Assembly: GCA_963662665.2 (NCBI GenBank)
Contig: CAXXJS010000040.1
Span: forward strand, 1-64,000
DNA from: Candidatus Latescibacterota bacterium
GTDB taxonomy: Bacteria > Latescibacterota > UBA2968 > GCA-2709665
DNA length: 64,000 bases
Direction of reading: 5' to 3'
The translations under genes were made by a program, and so were the position numbers. Of the stretch, positions 39,719-51,111 are shown piece after piece; position 1 is the stretch's first letter; every line of letters starts with the position of its first letter. The notes below the pieces were generated by a model, which had not been told where the DNA came from, searched no databases, and saw only the letters and a list, made by a program, of their open reading frames with translations.

Positions 39719-40411
39719 TCAAATAGCCCGGCGGCCCGTCCTGAATCCCCGGCTGTGCCAGCGCATCACGACGTAACCGGCAATAAACCCGCCGACGTGG
39801 GCAAACCAGGCCACCCCGCCGCCCACGCCGCCCGAGTCGGCCGAAGCGTTTACCAGCTGGATAATAAACCAGATGCCCAGAACCAGCAGGGCGGGCACCC
39901 GCACGATCTGGATAAAGAACAGCAAGAAAACAAAGACATGCACACGCGCGCCGGGAAAGCGGGCAAGGTAGGCCCCAAGGATTCCTGCAATCGCTCCGCT
40001 GGCGCCCACCATGGGTATGGTCGAATCCGGATCCGAGAGAATATGGCCAAGCGCGGCCGCCACACCACAAAGAACGTAGAACAGCAAGAACCGCAACCGC
40101 CCCAGCGTATCTTCTACGTTATTGCCGAAAATCCAGAGATAGAGCATGTTTCCGCCGAGATGCATCCAGCCGCCGTGCATGAACATCGACGTAAGGAACG
40201 TGAGATAGAGTGGAATCGGCGTTGGCGAAATGGCATCCACGCCATGGGCGACTTCAAATGGAATCAGACCCATCCGAAGCGTAAATACGTCGAAGCCAAT
40301 GGATCCCAGGGCAATAGAATAAAAAAAGACTCCCACGTTCAGCAGGAGGATGCTTAGCGTCAATACCGGGGCGCGGCGTGTCGGATTGTCATCTTTGATG
40401 GGGAGTATCAT
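39719..40411 (-). CDS. Rhomboid intramembrane serine protease
   Basis: SMFMHGGWMHLGGNM, VGASG, WFAHVGGF. Confidence 0.93.
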   Translation of the reverse strand: MILPIKDDNPTRRAPVLTLSILLLNVGVFFYSIALGSIGFDVFTLRMGLIPFEVAHGVDAISPTPIPLYLTFLTSMFMHGGWMHLGGNMLYLWIFGNNVEDTLGRLRFLLFYVLCGVAAALGHILSDPDSTIPMVGASGAIAGILGAYLARFPGARVHVFVFLLFFIQIVRVPALLVLGIWFIIQLVNASADSGGVGGGVAWFAHVGGFIAGYVVMRWHSRGFRTGRRAI

Positions 40412-40415
40412 CTGC

Positions 40416-42695
40416 TTATCGTACCGAGAACGATCGCACCGTCCGGGTCCGGTTGCCGCAGGCATCCGTTACGGTTACCTCCACCTTGTAACTTCCGCGC
40501 GTGAGCGGCTGCCTGGGCCGGGCCGTCACCTGAGCCGCTTCGGGGTCATATTCCGCGATCAACCGTTTTCCGTTCAGCCGGACGAGTATATCCTCCTCTC
40601 GCCGGATGCCCGAACCGTAGTCGCTAATCCCGGCGACAATTACCGGCCGTGTCTTTGAGACTTTTGCGCCCGACGCCGGCCGCAGGATTCTTACGCGCGG
40701 AGGGGTCTCGTCCAGCAATAGCGCGTAGGTGGAAAAACTCGGAACCGCGGCCGCCAGGGCCCGGCGCTCAGGAACGGCGCGGTTGCCGACAAAAACCCAG
40801 CTTCCCCCCCTGGTTAACCGATAGATGCCCAATCGTTCCGGGCGGCTGAAGTCAGCCGGGTATCGAAGGACGATTTCGGCCTTGCGCCGGAACGGTACGT
40901 CCTCCGGTGCAAACCGGTAACGCGATCCGACCAGGGGCAGGCCCTTCGCTCCCTTCCCTGGAGTGGTCTCGATCCGTCCGAAGAACGGCCTGTAGACTTC
41001 GCCGGCCGCGAAGCGGGCCAGCGCCATGCCGTCCTTCGAACGCACGACCCCGCCCGACGGGCGTACCGGCGTCTGGACCAGGCGAACCGACAGGCGCCCC
41101 GTATTGCCCTTCAGATCGACCGCGGAGAGGACTGCGCTTATTTCGCCGGTCACTGCCGGATCGAAGTGGACGACGGTTTCGTATCGGGAATGTTTCTGCT
41201 GAACGACTTCCTGTGTCGTTTCTCTGTTCGAAGGCCACCGCACGGAAACCCGCGGCGGCGCCGACAACAGCCGGGTGGAAACGATCTTCAATACGGCAAA
41301 GTCGGGATAGTAGCGCACCGTGCATTCCAGCAGGTCTCCCCGGGTTTCGGTCTCGGCCGCCGCAAGCGGCGCACACGTCTGAAAACCCTCCGACCCGAAG
41401 CTGTCCCGGCAGCGTACCCTGTAAACCGCATTGGGGGCATGGATGCATTCCACGTCAATCCGGCCGGACGCATCCGCATCCACACCGCGTACCAGACGCC
41501 AGGAGCGGCCGCCGTTCAAAGACTGTTCCACGAAGACCTTCTGTAAATTCCCGTCAAGTACCCTTGCACGCACCCGAGCCGAACGGCCGTTCAATTCGGC
41601 GCGGGCGCCCAGTACGCGTGGGACTGAATTGACAATCAACTCGAGATCCGCGCGCGATCGGTTGCCGGCCGCGTCTTCAATCACCACCCGGATACGATTT
41701 CTGCCGGGATCCAGCGCGACGCCGCGGCCCGAAGGCGGAATTCCCGCATACAGGACGCCGTCTCCAACCCTATACTTCCCGTACATTGGAAGTTGATTGC
41801 CGACAGACCGGTACAAGTTGTGATATATGCCGGCCCCGCGTGTCTTCAGAGTGAAATTCCGGTCCAGTTCGACCTGGTTGACCTGATCGTACCCGAAAAT
41901 CGTGTATTTGGTTTCGAAAACTTCCCGGTCGTTTACGAATAGCCTCAAGCGGTACGGTGCGAAACGGTTACTAAGCACGGTGGCGTCGGCCCGGTCGTAC
42001 GTCTTCACGCTCACGCCGATGCGCCCTGCGATCATTGGAACGCTTTTCGCAACGTAGCGCTTCAGTTTGGGTCGCCACTGCACGCCGAACGTCGCGGGTT
42101 CCATCTCATCCGAAACCCGCGATTCCGCGTCCAGGGGAATCAGAGCCAGGGACTGTATGGTAGGCGCAACGGTGTCCTTCACCTCGAATCCGTGGAGCAA
42201 CCCGTTGATCGGCCGCTGATTCTTGTCGCGAATCTCAAAATGCAGATGCGGTACCCCGCTGCCGGTGCTTCCGGAATATCCTACGGTCTCACCACGTTCA
42301 ACCTGAATCCGGTCTGGCTTGAAGAAGAGATTGACGCTATAATAGCCCCTTCGGGCCTGTTCGGCTTCGACAACGTCCCGAACCTCGGGCGCAAACCCAG
42401 AAAGATGCGCATAGACCGCGGTTCGACCGTCTTTCAGTTTGATATAGATCACCTTTCCATATCCCCAGGGCGAGGTACGCACGCGCCAGACGTACCCGTC
42501 GTCCACGGCCAGCACCGGGTAACCTTCCTTCCCCCACGTCTTGAAATCCAGCCCCGCGTGGAAGCGTCGCGGCCGATACTCTCCAAAGGAAGAGTTAAGC
42601 GCGGGTGGGGCCGCCATTGGCCAATGGTAATCTCCGGCATTCGCAATGCCGGAATCCGCAAGGAAAAGCAACCATATCAACAGGATCGCACGCAT
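40416..42695 (-). CDS. M23 metallopeptidase with C-terminal Ig-like domains
   Basis: Signal peptide, FGEYR..RFHAGLD, GYGK, YAHL, PHLHFE. Confidence 0.88.
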   Translation of the reverse strand: MRAILLIWLLFLADSGIANAGDYHWPMAAPPALNSSFGEYRPRRFHAGLDFKTWGKEGYPVLAVDDGYVWRVRTSPWGYGKVIYIKLKDGRTAVYAHLSGFAPEVRDVVEAEQARRGYYSVNLFFKPDRIQVERGETVGYSGSTGSGVPHLHFEIRDKNQRPINGLLHGFEVKDTVAPTIQSLALIPLDAESRVSDEMEPATFGVQWRPKLKRYVAKSVPMIAGRIGVSVKTYDRADATVLSNRFAPYRLRLFVNDREVFETKYTIFGYDQVNQVELDRNFTLKTRGAGIYHNLYRSVGNQLPMYGKYRVGDGVLYAGIPPSGRGVALDPGRNRIRVVIEDAAGNRSRADLELIVNSVPRVLGARAELNGRSARVRARVLDGNLQKVFVEQSLNGGRSWRLVRGVDADASGRIDVECIHAPNAVYRVRCRDSFGSEGFQTCAPLAAAETETRGDLLECTVRYYPDFAVLKIVSTRLLSAPPRVSVRWPSNRETTQEVVQQKHSRYETVVHFDPAVTGEISAVLSAVDLKGNTGRLSVRLVQTPVRPSGGVVRSKDGMALARFAAGEVYRPFFGRIETTPGKGAKGLPLVGSRYRFAPEDVPFRRKAEIVLRYPADFSRPERLGIYRLTRGGSWVFVGNRAVPERRALAAAVPSFSTYALLLDETPPRVRILRPASGAKVSKTRPVIVAGISDYGSGIRREEDILVRLNGKRLIAEYDPEAAQVTARPRQPLTRGSYKVEVTVTDACGNRTRTVRSFSVR

Positions 42696-42757
42696 CGTTG
42701 TCGGACCTCCCCGCCCCACGTCGTGAGCGATTGTTTCTTCAGGATCAGCTGCGACTC

Positions 42758-42786
42758 AGTATAGGTATTTTGTCCTCCGGGGTCAA
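42758..42786 (-). promoter_or_regulatory. Putative sigma70 promoter for the M23/rhomboid genes
   Basis: TTGACC-N17-TATACT. Confidence 0.55.
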
Positions 42787-42965
42787 GCACGCACCGGCTT
42801 TTTCGCACGAACAGAAAAAACTTGCCTGCAAACGCCCCTTCCTATAATTTAATTGTGTTACTATCGAAAAATCCCGGGCCGGAGTTTTCACGTCCGGCCG
42901 TTGTCCGGGGCGGTCGCCGCCCTTGACTGCTGCCTTCTTGTCATCCACCGGAGGGTGTTCATCGC

Positions 42966-44786
42966 ATGCTTAAAAACCTGCGCAACGTGGTCCTGATCAA
43001 AGCCATGATGTGGATCGTGGCCATTTCCTTTGTGGCGTTGATGGTCTTCGACTGGGGCGCCGGCGGTATGACCTGCGCCGGACCGGGCGATACCGTAGGT
43101 GTCATCAACGGTCACAAGATCAGCCACCAGCAGTTCGTCGAAGCCCTCCGTGACGCCGCACGTCAGGCCAAAACCCGGAACAATGCCGACCCGGAGGAGA
43201 GCCAGCTCATCCGCCAGATCTGGGACCAGATGGTCGCCCAGATCCTCTACGCCCAGCAGATCGAAGAACACGACATCGCGGTCTCCGATGCGGAGGTCAA
43301 CTTTATCAACCGGAATCAGCCGGTTGAGTGGGTGCGGAATCAGGAAGTCTTTCAGACCGAAGGCAATTTCGATTCGGAAAAATACGGCAGGTTCCTGGAC
43401 GATCCCGGCACGTACGCAAGTCCCGAAAGGAGGCAGTTCGTACTCAGCGCCGAATACGCCGTCCGACAGGCCGTGCTTATCAGCAAGCTCCAGGAGATGG
43501 TCGCGGGAGGGGTGAGGATCACGTCGGCGGAGATCAGGGAAGCATTCGTGCGGCAGAAAGAGAAAGTCCGCGTTGCCTACGCGGTCATCGAAGCGTATTC
43601 GATTGCCGACTCACTGGTCTCCGTTTCGGACGACCGGATCAAGGCCTATTACGACGGCCACCTGGACGAGTTTCATCGGGAAGCGGCAGTCAATGCTTCC
43701 TTTGTCGCCTTCGACAAGAAATCTTCTGCGGCCGATGAAGCCAGTGGCGAAGCCGAAATCCGGGAATTGCTCGCGGAGGTCCGAGCCGGCGGGGACTTCG
43801 CCGCGCTGGCCGCAAACAACTCAGACGATCCCGGCAGTGCGGAACGGGGCGGAGATCTGGGGTTCTTCGGGCGTGGACGGATGGTCAAGCCCTTCGAGGA
43901 AACGGCCTTCTCTCTCGAACCGGGTGAAATTTCAGAACCCTTACGGACCCAGTTCGGATGGCATATCCTCAAGGTTGAAGACCGCAAAGGCGAGGGCGAT
44001 GAGCTCCAGGTCCGCGCCAGGCACATTCTGCTGAAAATCCGGCCGGGCAGAGACACGCTGGACAGCCTCCGCCTCGAAGCAGAACGCTTCCAGGAACGAG
44101 CGGAAGAGTCGGATTTCCTGACGGCGGTGGCCGAACAGAACCTTCAGGCAAAAGAAACCGGTTTCATTACGGCCGGCGGCTTCTTCCCCTTGTTGGGCAA
44201 TCGGACGTCCGGCCTGGTCAATTCCTTCCTCGGCGCTTCACCGGGCAGGATTTCAAACGCTTACGAAACCGATCAGGGCATCTATGTCTTCGTTCTTGTG
44301 GCCGCGCGCAAGGCCGGTCCGCAGCCACTGGACGAGGTCTACGATCGGATTTCGACCAAACTCAAGAATATGGAGAAAGTCAGCGTTGCGGCGGCGCGAA
44401 TTGCTCCATTGCTTGAGGACGTCCGGTCCGGAGAAAGCCTCAGAAACGCGGCGCGCGATCGCAATATCCGCTTCGCAGAGTCCAAATTCTTCAGCCGCGA
44501 GGAATTCGTTCAGGGCGTTGGCCGCGGGAATGAATTTACCGGCAGAGCCTTCCGCCTTGATGAGGGAACAACCAGCGACGTGGTCACCACGGACCGGGGC
44601 GCGTACGTGCTGCAGTTGTTGGAGAAAGAGCCGATTGACGAAGTCGAATTCAATGCGGAAGGGCCGAAACTGGTCCAGCGGCTCCGCGCGGAAAAACAGA
44701 ACGAAGTCCTGGCGGCCTGGTTCAGCGATCTCAAAGAACAGGCTGAAATCATCGACAACCGGCATCTCTTCTACCCGAACTTTTAA
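42966..44786 (+). CDS. ppiD: PpiD/SurA-like parvulin peptidyl-prolyl isomerase
   Basis: N-terminal TM anchor, SurA_N region, [29 protein letters not shown]. Confidence 0.85.
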   Translation: MLKNLRNVVLIKAMMWIVAISFVALMVFDWGAGGMTCAGPGDTVGVINGHKISHQQFVEALRDAARQAKTRNNADPEESQLIRQIWDQMVAQILYAQQIEEHDIAVSDAEVNFINRNQPVEWVRNQEVFQTEGNFDSEKYGRFLDDPGTYASPERRQFVLSAEYAVRQAVLISKLQEMVAGGVRITSAEIREAFVRQKEKVRVAYAVIEAYSIADSLVSVSDDRIKAYYDGHLDEFHREAAVNASFVAFDKKSSAADEASGEAEIRELLAEVRAGGDFAALAANNSDDPGSAERGGDLGFFGRGRMVKPFEETAFSLEPGEISEPLRTQFGWHILKVEDRKGEGDELQVRARHILLKIRPGRDTLDSLRLEAERFQERAEESDFLTAVAEQNLQAKETGFITAGGFFPLLGNRTSGLVNSFLGASPGRISNAYETDQGIYVFVLVAARKAGPQPLDEVYDRISTKLKNMEKVSVAAARIAPLLEDVRSGESLRNAARDRNIRFAESKFFSREEFVQGVGRGNEFTGRAFRLDEGTTSDVVTTDRGAYVLQLLEKEPIDEVEFNAEGPKLVQRLRAEKQNEVLAAWFSDLKEQAEIIDNRHLFYPNF

Positions 44787-44839
44787 GCCGTGCCCGGGCG
44801 AACCCGCGCGCTCCTGATCCGCCGCCCGACCGCACAAGG

Positions 44840-45547
44840 ATGACTCGCGTGGCCGTAATTACCGTCTCGCGGCAACTCGGCAGTATTGGAGACCTGGTCG
44901 CTCGCCGGGCGTCGGAGGTCCTCAACTACGACTTCGTGGACAAGCACCTCATCACGGAAGTCGCGAGAGAAGCCAATGTGCCCGAATCCGAAGTCGAGAA
45001 GTTCGACGAACAAACACAAAGCGCGGTCAAACGCTTCATTCACAGCCTGATCGTGCCGTCGCGTTCAGTTCCCACTCCCCCCGCCATGCTTTGGGGATTG
45101 GAGTTTCCCTACGAAGTATCGGCCGCTCTCCCGGCCGGCGACGCGACAGTCAACGAGGAAAAACACTTCCTGGACCAGCGGGACTATCTCAGATTTCTTC
45201 AGGCCGCCATCGACCGCCTCCGGAAACGGGACAGGATAATCATTGTGGGGAGAGGGGGCCAGGCTATCCTTCGGGATGTCCCGAATACGTTGCATATCCG
45301 TACCGTGGCTCCCCTGGAGAAACGCATCCAGGTCGTTGTGGAACGGCTGAACCTGGGCACCACGGAAGAGGCGAAAGGACTGATTCAGAAAAGCGACAGA
45401 CGCCGGGCCGCCTACCTCAAGAACAACTACAACATCAACTGGGACGATCCGTCCCAGTATCATTTCGTCCTGAACACCGGCCGGACATGCCTCGAATCCG
45501 CCGCCCGCATCATTCAACAGTCCGTAGACGCCCTCGGTTTTGCCTGA
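44840..45547 (+). CDS. Cytidylate kinase-like family protein
   Basis: ITVSRQLGSIG, IIVGRGG, SDRRRAAY, WDDP..YH...NT. Confidence 0.85.
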   Translation: MTRVAVITVSRQLGSIGDLVARRASEVLNYDFVDKHLITEVAREANVPESEVEKFDEQTQSAVKRFIHSLIVPSRSVPTPPAMLWGLEFPYEVSAALPAGDATVNEEKHFLDQRDYLRFLQAAIDRLRKRDRIIIVGRGGQAILRDVPNTLHIRTVAPLEKRIQVVVERLNLGTTEEAKGLIQKSDRRRAAYLKNNYNINWDDPSQYHFVLNTGRTCLESAARIIQQSVDALGFA

Positions 45548-45610
45548 AAGCGTCCACGGATGTCCAGCGCCTCCCTCGTCTGATCAGCCGGACCGGACCA
45601 GACTCCATCA

Positions 45611-45645
45611 ACGGCCTCCGAAACGTATCGGGAGACCGTTTTTTT
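45611..45645 (+). terminator. Putative intrinsic terminator
   Basis: ACGGCCTCC/GGAGACCGT stem (one mismatch) followed by a T run. Confidence 0.5.
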
Positions 45646-45789
45646 CTTGCCCGCCTCCGGAAGCGCCCGCGCTTTGTCCTTGACTTGCCCTCTCACATCG
45701 TACATTTCTACCACGGTCGCCTTCCGCCAGGAGGACGGGTTCACCGCTGCCATAATTTCTAAAACGTCTATCGTCCGAGGTTTCGATCC

Positions 45790-47916
45790 ATGCCCCCTGA
45801 AATCAGCCGAACGAGAATGCGTTCCATCTCCAACAAGGACCTCTTCGCCGCGATCAACCTGAAGGGGACCGACCTGAAGCCCGTCCGGAAGGCGGTGAAG
45901 TCCGGAAAATGGAAGCAGGCGTCCTCAGCATGGGGAAATTACTTTTCCGCGCGGAAAGAGCCCCTTAATATGGTCGCGCCAACCGGCGACAAACCGGACC
46001 CGGACCGCGTTCGGGAGGCCGAACGCGTTGTCGCACACGAGATCCGGGGCTGGCACGACCTGACGTACAAGTTCGGAAAAACAGTCGACTTCAATGCAAA
46101 TTGGGGGCGCTCGGGCATCTACGGTACCCACTACTGGGGATGGTCCGAGTGCCTGCGGGTCGCGTTCGGACAAACCGGCGACCCCCGCTTTGTGGAATGT
46201 TTCGACGATCTGTTCAACCAGTGGTACGAGCAGCGCAACGACATTGACAACCCCGCCGGACACGACGTCATTTTCTATGAACTCGGGCTGGGGGGCCGCA
46301 CACCCCGGTTCATTGATCACTATTTCGCGTATCGGTCCACCGGCATTCTCAGGCCCGTCACCCATCGACGCATGTTGAAATCCATTCTGGGCGCAGGACG
46401 CTGGCTCTATCTCCTTGAAAAAGACGAAGGCTATCGCAGCGGAAACTGGCAGATGTGCGGCTCGTGGGCGCTCGTCTACGCGGGCGGCCTGTTCCCGGAG
46501 TTCAAGGAGGCACGACGCTGGGTCAAGATCGGCATTGAACGCCTTTTGGAACACGTCGACAGGGACTTTTACGCGGACGGCTGCCACCACGAACGTGCCT
46601 CCGGCTATGGCGCGTGGTGCACCCGCATCAGCGAGGATCTCCTTACGTTCTCGGACAGGATCCCGTACATCAAGATGGAAACCGACCTGCGCGCCCGCAT
46701 CGTGCGGATGTACGACTGGGTCCTATCCACCACCTCCCCACTGGGCGAGTCCCAGGGATTCAACGACGGAGGCATCGGGCCGCAGGAAGGCATATTGCGG
46801 CGGGCTGCCGAACTTACCGGAGACGGCCGATATCTCTGGCCCGTGCGCGACAGGATCGAATCCGGTTCCCGAATCCGGCCGAAGAAACCCGACTACACGT
46901 CCATCGACAGAAGGCCGTCGGGCTTTGCCGTCATGCGTTCGGACTGGAATAAGGATGCCCGATATCTGATTGTCAACTATGGTCCATGGGGCGGCGGCCA
47001 TACCCATAACGACCTGCTCGATTTCGAGCTCTACGCCCACGGTGAACCGCTGGCCGTAGAGGCCAGCCGCTGGGGCCCCTACGACAACCCGCTCGATCAG
47101 TACTTCCGTTCTCCACAGGCCCACAACCAGCTTGTGGTCAATGACGCGCCGATGGACCGCGTCCATCACCGCGGCGAGGACGTCGCCTGGGCGACCGGAG
47201 AAACGCTGGACTATTTTTCCGCAAACCACCGCGCTTATGAAGGTCAATACGCCACCCGCGTCGAGCGGCGCATCACATTTCTGAAACCCGACTATTTCCT
47301 CGTATCCGACGCCGTTTTTGAAGGTCCCCAGCACCACGCCTACACCTGGTACCTCCACGCGCCCGTCAGGTGGAAAGGCAGCCGAAGCCGTATGCTCACC
47401 ACCGGACGGCCGGGGTTGCAGGTCGTCCCCGCAATGCCCTCGGAGATTCACTACGTCCGTCGCGGAACCTCCTATGAGGAAAGGGACGGCGCACCCGGAA
47501 GATACCCCAACCGTTACTGGTTGGGTCTGCAGAAATGGGTCCGGGGCGAAGGCGCGAATGCCGTTGTGTACGACGTCGCGCTCGTTCCGTTCAAAACGGA
47601 ACCCGATGACGTCAACGTGTCCCGGCGCACAGCCGTCGCCAACGGAAAAACTTGCCGACCGGAAATCGCCAGAGGGATCCGGATCCGCCGCGGCAACAAG
47701 GTCGATCTTGTCGTATACGGCGTGGACGGCGGGACCATCGGATGCGACGGTCTCTCATTCACCGGAACGGTCTGCATTCTCTCCTTTCAGGATGAGCGTC
47801 CCGTCCGGGTCGCAGTCCTTGGCGGCGGCGACGTCGCCTACAAAGGCAGGCCGCTGATTCGCGGGAACCGCGAAGGTCTCACCGAACGGAAACTGCAGGC
47901 GCCATCGGATACCTGA
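45790..47916 (+). CDS. Heparinase II/III-family polysaccharide lyase
   Basis: GNWQ, DGCHHERASGY, SGFAVMRSDW, GHTHNDLL, AHNQLVVN. Confidence 0.85.
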   Translation: MPPEISRTRMRSISNKDLFAAINLKGTDLKPVRKAVKSGKWKQASSAWGNYFSARKEPLNMVAPTGDKPDPDRVREAERVVAHEIRGWHDLTYKFGKTVDFNANWGRSGIYGTHYWGWSECLRVAFGQTGDPRFVECFDDLFNQWYEQRNDIDNPAGHDVIFYELGLGGRTPRFIDHYFAYRSTGILRPVTHRRMLKSILGAGRWLYLLEKDEGYRSGNWQMCGSWALVYAGGLFPEFKEARRWVKIGIERLLEHVDRDFYADGCHHERASGYGAWCTRISEDLLTFSDRIPYIKMETDLRARIVRMYDWVLSTTSPLGESQGFNDGGIGPQEGILRRAAELTGDGRYLWPVRDRIESGSRIRPKKPDYTSIDRRPSGFAVMRSDWNKDARYLIVNYGPWGGGHTHNDLLDFELYAHGEPLAVEASRWGPYDNPLDQYFRSPQAHNQLVVNDAPMDRVHHRGEDVAWATGETLDYFSANHRAYEGQYATRVERRITFLKPDYFLVSDAVFEGPQHHAYTWYLHAPVRWKGSRSRMLTTGRPGLQVVPAMPSEIHYVRRGTSYEERDGAPGRYPNRYWLGLQKWVRGEGANAVVYDVALVPFKTEPDDVNVSRRTAVANGKTCRPEIARGIRIRRGNKVDLVVYGVDGGTIGCDGLSFTGTVCILSFQDERPVRVAVLGGGDVAYKGRPLIRGNREGLTERKLQAPSDT

Positions 47917-47967
47917 CGGCGAGCCCGAATGGATGACGCCCGCCGTATAACGACACCGGGCATTCCC

Positions 47968-48978
47968 ATGTTCAGACTGATCCAGCTGATCCATCCCAAC
48001 GAGGGGCGGCGCATCGCCGTTGTCGACGGCGACCGTTGCCGACTGATCGACGGACACACGTCGGTTCACGGCATCGCAAGCTTCGTTCTGCAATCCGGCG
48101 AATCTCTGTGCGCGATAGTCGAAAGAACACTTGGAAGGAACTTCCAGGACTACGACGCCATCTACCACGGCCGGTCCGATTGGAAGCTCCTGCCCGCGTA
48201 CGATCACCCCGGTGAACCCACCCGCTGCCTGGTGGCCGGCACCGGTCTGACCCACCGTGCCAGCGTCGACAACCGACAGGCCATGCACGAACAGGACGGC
48301 GTCGGCGAGACGCAGGTTACCGACAGCATGCGAATGTACCAATGGGGTCTGCGAGGAGGCAGGCCGGAGACGGGAAACGTCGGCGTACCGCCGGAGTGGT
48401 TCTACAAGGGAACCGGCGCCATCCTTCGCGCACACGGCGAACCCCTGGACGTGCCGTCCTTCGCTGGCGACGGCGGCGAAGAACCCGAACTCGCCGGGGC
48501 GTATATTATCGATTCGGAGGGCAACCCCAGGCGCATCGGCCTCGCCATTGGAAATGAATTCTCGGACCACGTCACCGAAAAGAAAAACTACCTGTATCTG
48601 GCGCCATCCAAGCTTCGGACGTGCTCCCTCGGCCCCGAACTCATTCTCGATCCGGATTTCGGGAATGTCAGTGGCGAAGTCGCAATTGAACGAAACGGAA
48701 GCGTCGTCTGGGCCGGAACCATCGCGACGGGCGAGTCCAACATGGCGCACAGTCTGGCCAACCTCGAGCACCACCACTTCAAGTACCCGCAGCACCGCCG
48801 TCCCGAAGACGCGCACGTCTTCTTCTTCGGCGCGGATGCGTTCAGTTTCGGCGCTGGTGTCGAACTTGAAGACGGAGACATCATGGCCGTCTCATGGAAC
48901 GGCTTCGGCAGACCGTTGAAGAATCCCCTCCGGATTGAACAAGGCGAAGAAACCACCGTCCGGGTCGATCCGCTATGA
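47968..48978 (+). CDS. AraD1/GguC-like FAH-family sugar-acid enzyme
   Basis: GTGLTH, PEWFYKG, DGGEEPE, GNEFSDH, YLAPSKLR, HHFKY. Confidence 0.85.
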   Translation: MFRLIQLIHPNEGRRIAVVDGDRCRLIDGHTSVHGIASFVLQSGESLCAIVERTLGRNFQDYDAIYHGRSDWKLLPAYDHPGEPTRCLVAGTGLTHRASVDNRQAMHEQDGVGETQVTDSMRMYQWGLRGGRPETGNVGVPPEWFYKGTGAILRAHGEPLDVPSFAGDGGEEPELAGAYIIDSEGNPRRIGLAIGNEFSDHVTEKKNYLYLAPSKLRTCSLGPELILDPDFGNVSGEVAIERNGSVVWAGTIATGESNMAHSLANLEHHHFKYPQHRRPEDAHVFFFGADAFSFGAGVELEDGDIMAVSWNGFGRPLKNPLRIEQGEETTVRVDPL

Positions 48979-49064
48979 CAATCGCCTGCCTTTCATCACA
49001 TCCCGAAAACACCAGGTTAGCGGGCGCGATCCCGAAACCGATCACTGCCTGAAGGACAATAGCG

Positions 49065-49910
49065 ATGATCATCGACGTACACACCCACGTCTTCCGGGAT
49101 CCTCAGGACTTTACTGAGCAGTTTCGCCGCCAGGCCATGCGCGCCAGGGGCGACGCGGAAATTGACCTCACGGCCAGCTATGAAGACTACCGGCGGCAGG
49201 CTGGCGAACCCGTACAAACGATTGTCTTCGGCGGCAAGGCCAGGCTGAGCGGTATATGGGTGGACGACCACTACGTTGCGGAAACGGTAGCCCGGAACCC
49301 GGAAACGCTCATCGGCTTCCTGTCGGTCGATCCCACCCAGGAGGGCTGGCAGGACGAGTTGAGAGAAGGTCACCAGAATCTCGGCCTTAAAGGAATAAAA
49401 TTACTCTCCATGTACGCGGGATTCAGGCCGGACGACACATCGCTCGATCCGCTCTGGCTTTATGCCCGGGAACACGGCCTGCCCGTTCTCCTGCATACAG
49501 GTACCACCTTCGTTTCCCAGGCGCCCCTGGAATGTACCCTTCCCCGCCACCTGGATCCGGTCGCCATTCGCTTTCCGGATGTAAAGATCATCCTGGCGCA
49601 CCTGGGGCATCCCTACGAAGGCGAGTGCGTTGCCGTTATCCGAAAACACCCCAACGTCTATGCCGACGTCAGCGCCCTGCACTACCGCCCGTTCCAACTC
49701 TACCACAGCCTGATGCTCGTCCAGGAATACGGCGTCTGGGACAAACTGCTCTTCGGCACGGACTACCCCTTTACCACCGTCGACGCATCGCTGGCCGGCC
49801 TTCGCAGCCTGAACGGTATGCTCGAAGGGACCGCACTGCCCCGCCTGGACGCGGACGGAATCGATTCGGTGATTTACAGGGACAGTCTATCGATCCTGAA
49901 CCTTGAGTAA
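49065..49910 (+). CDS. Amidohydrolase_2 family protein
   Basis: IDVHTH, PVLLHTG, ILAHLG, LLFGTDYP. Confidence 0.88.
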   Translation: MIIDVHTHVFRDPQDFTEQFRRQAMRARGDAEIDLTASYEDYRRQAGEPVQTIVFGGKARLSGIWVDDHYVAETVARNPETLIGFLSVDPTQEGWQDELREGHQNLGLKGIKLLSMYAGFRPDDTSLDPLWLYAREHGLPVLLHTGTTFVSQAPLECTLPRHLDPVAIRFPDVKIILAHLGHPYEGECVAVIRKHPNVYADVSALHYRPFQLYHSLMLVQEYGVWDKLLFGTDYPFTTVDASLAGLRSLNGMLEGTALPRLDADGIDSVIYRDSLSILNLE

Positions 49911-49914
49911 CCCG

Positions 49915-50826
49915 ATGCACATCGACGCACACATGCACGTCAACTACCAGGGCATGGATGCCGGGAGCCTCGTTTCCGAAATGGATGCCTTTGGCATCGA
50001 CGTCACGTGGCTGCTCACGTGGTACCTTCCGCCGGAACCGGAATCACCGCGATACGGCGGCGGATTCAGCCCGCTCAACTACAGGCCGGACGGCACCCAC
50101 GCCGGGGCGACTCTCGATCACATTCTAGGGGCGCGCGACAGATATCCCGGCCGTTTCATCGCCGGGTACTGCCCGTGTCCCTACGAGGGACAGGCCGCCG
50201 ACCTTTTTGAAACCGCGTGGCGGATGCATGGCGTGAGGGTCTGCGGTGAATGGAGCTATCGCCTCCTGCTGGACGATCCTCGAAGCATCCAGCTGTTCCG
50301 TCGCGCGGGTGAACTCGGCGCGCCCGTTGTGCTCCACCTGGACGTGCCCTACCTGCCCGATAAGAAAGGAAATCCAACGTATCAGACCAGTTGGTGCGGA
50401 GGGGACATCAGAAACCTGGAACGCGCGATGCAGGCTTGTCCCGACACCGTCTTTGTCGGTCATGCCCCCGGTTTCTGGCGACACATCAGCGGCGACGCGG
50501 TGACTTCAGCGGAAGCATATCCGCCCGGTCCAGTCGCCCCCGGCGGCGAACTCCATGCCCTTTTCGACGACTATCCCAACCTTTACGCGGACCTTTCGTC
50601 CGGGTCCGGCCTGAACGCCCTCAGCCGCGACCCCGAGCACGCCCGGGACTTCCTTATCCATCGTGCCGACAGACTGCTCTATGGACGCGATAACAAGGGC
50701 AACGACCTGCAGGAGTTCCTACCGACCCTCGACCTGCCCGCGGAGGTCCTGGAGAAGATTTACTACAAGAACGCGATCAGACTCGTGCCCACCGATGGAA
50801 GGGAAAACAAAATGGCCGCCCTGTAA
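49915..50826 (+). CDS. Amidohydrolase_2 family protein
   Basis: IDAHMH, GEW, PVVLH, FVGHAP, LLYGRD, NAIRL. Confidence 0.82.
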   Translation: MHIDAHMHVNYQGMDAGSLVSEMDAFGIDVTWLLTWYLPPEPESPRYGGGFSPLNYRPDGTHAGATLDHILGARDRYPGRFIAGYCPCPYEGQAADLFETAWRMHGVRVCGEWSYRLLLDDPRSIQLFRRAGELGAPVVLHLDVPYLPDKKGNPTYQTSWCGGDIRNLERAMQACPDTVFVGHAPGFWRHISGDAVTSAEAYPPGPVAPGGELHALFDDYPNLYADLSSGSGLNALSRDPEHARDFLIHRADRLLYGRDNKGNDLQEFLPTLDLPAEVLEKIYYKNAIRLVPTDGRENKMAAL

Positions 50827-50838
50827 CAAGGGCGGCCA
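50813..50838. terminator. Hairpin over the stop codon of the last plus-strand gene
   Basis: TGGCCGCCCT/AGGGCGGCCA 10-bp stem. Confidence 0.5.
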
Positions 50839-51111
50839 CTTACGTTCGAAGATTTAACCTTGATTCGCAATTCTTCGGGGAAGTAAAACCGAATATATGC
50901 AAGTAGATAAAGGCGATTTAACTTCTGATTACCAGGATACACCAGGTCACTGGACGTGGACTGAAAAAACGTCCTTTTTAACGACCGTTACGCCCCGTTT
51001 CAGGGGTTTTCGTCGCGTTGCCGAATTGCTGTTTTTTTTAAATTGAGGTTAACTCTCGCCGGATGTCCCTGAACTGAACCTGGACGGGCGGCAACCGTGT
51101 GTGCCGCCCGT

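Noticed and set aside
44840-45547. Calling this gene cmk
   Set aside because: Its motifs fit the cytidylate-kinase-like family; it lacks the canonical IDGP.G.GK P-loop.
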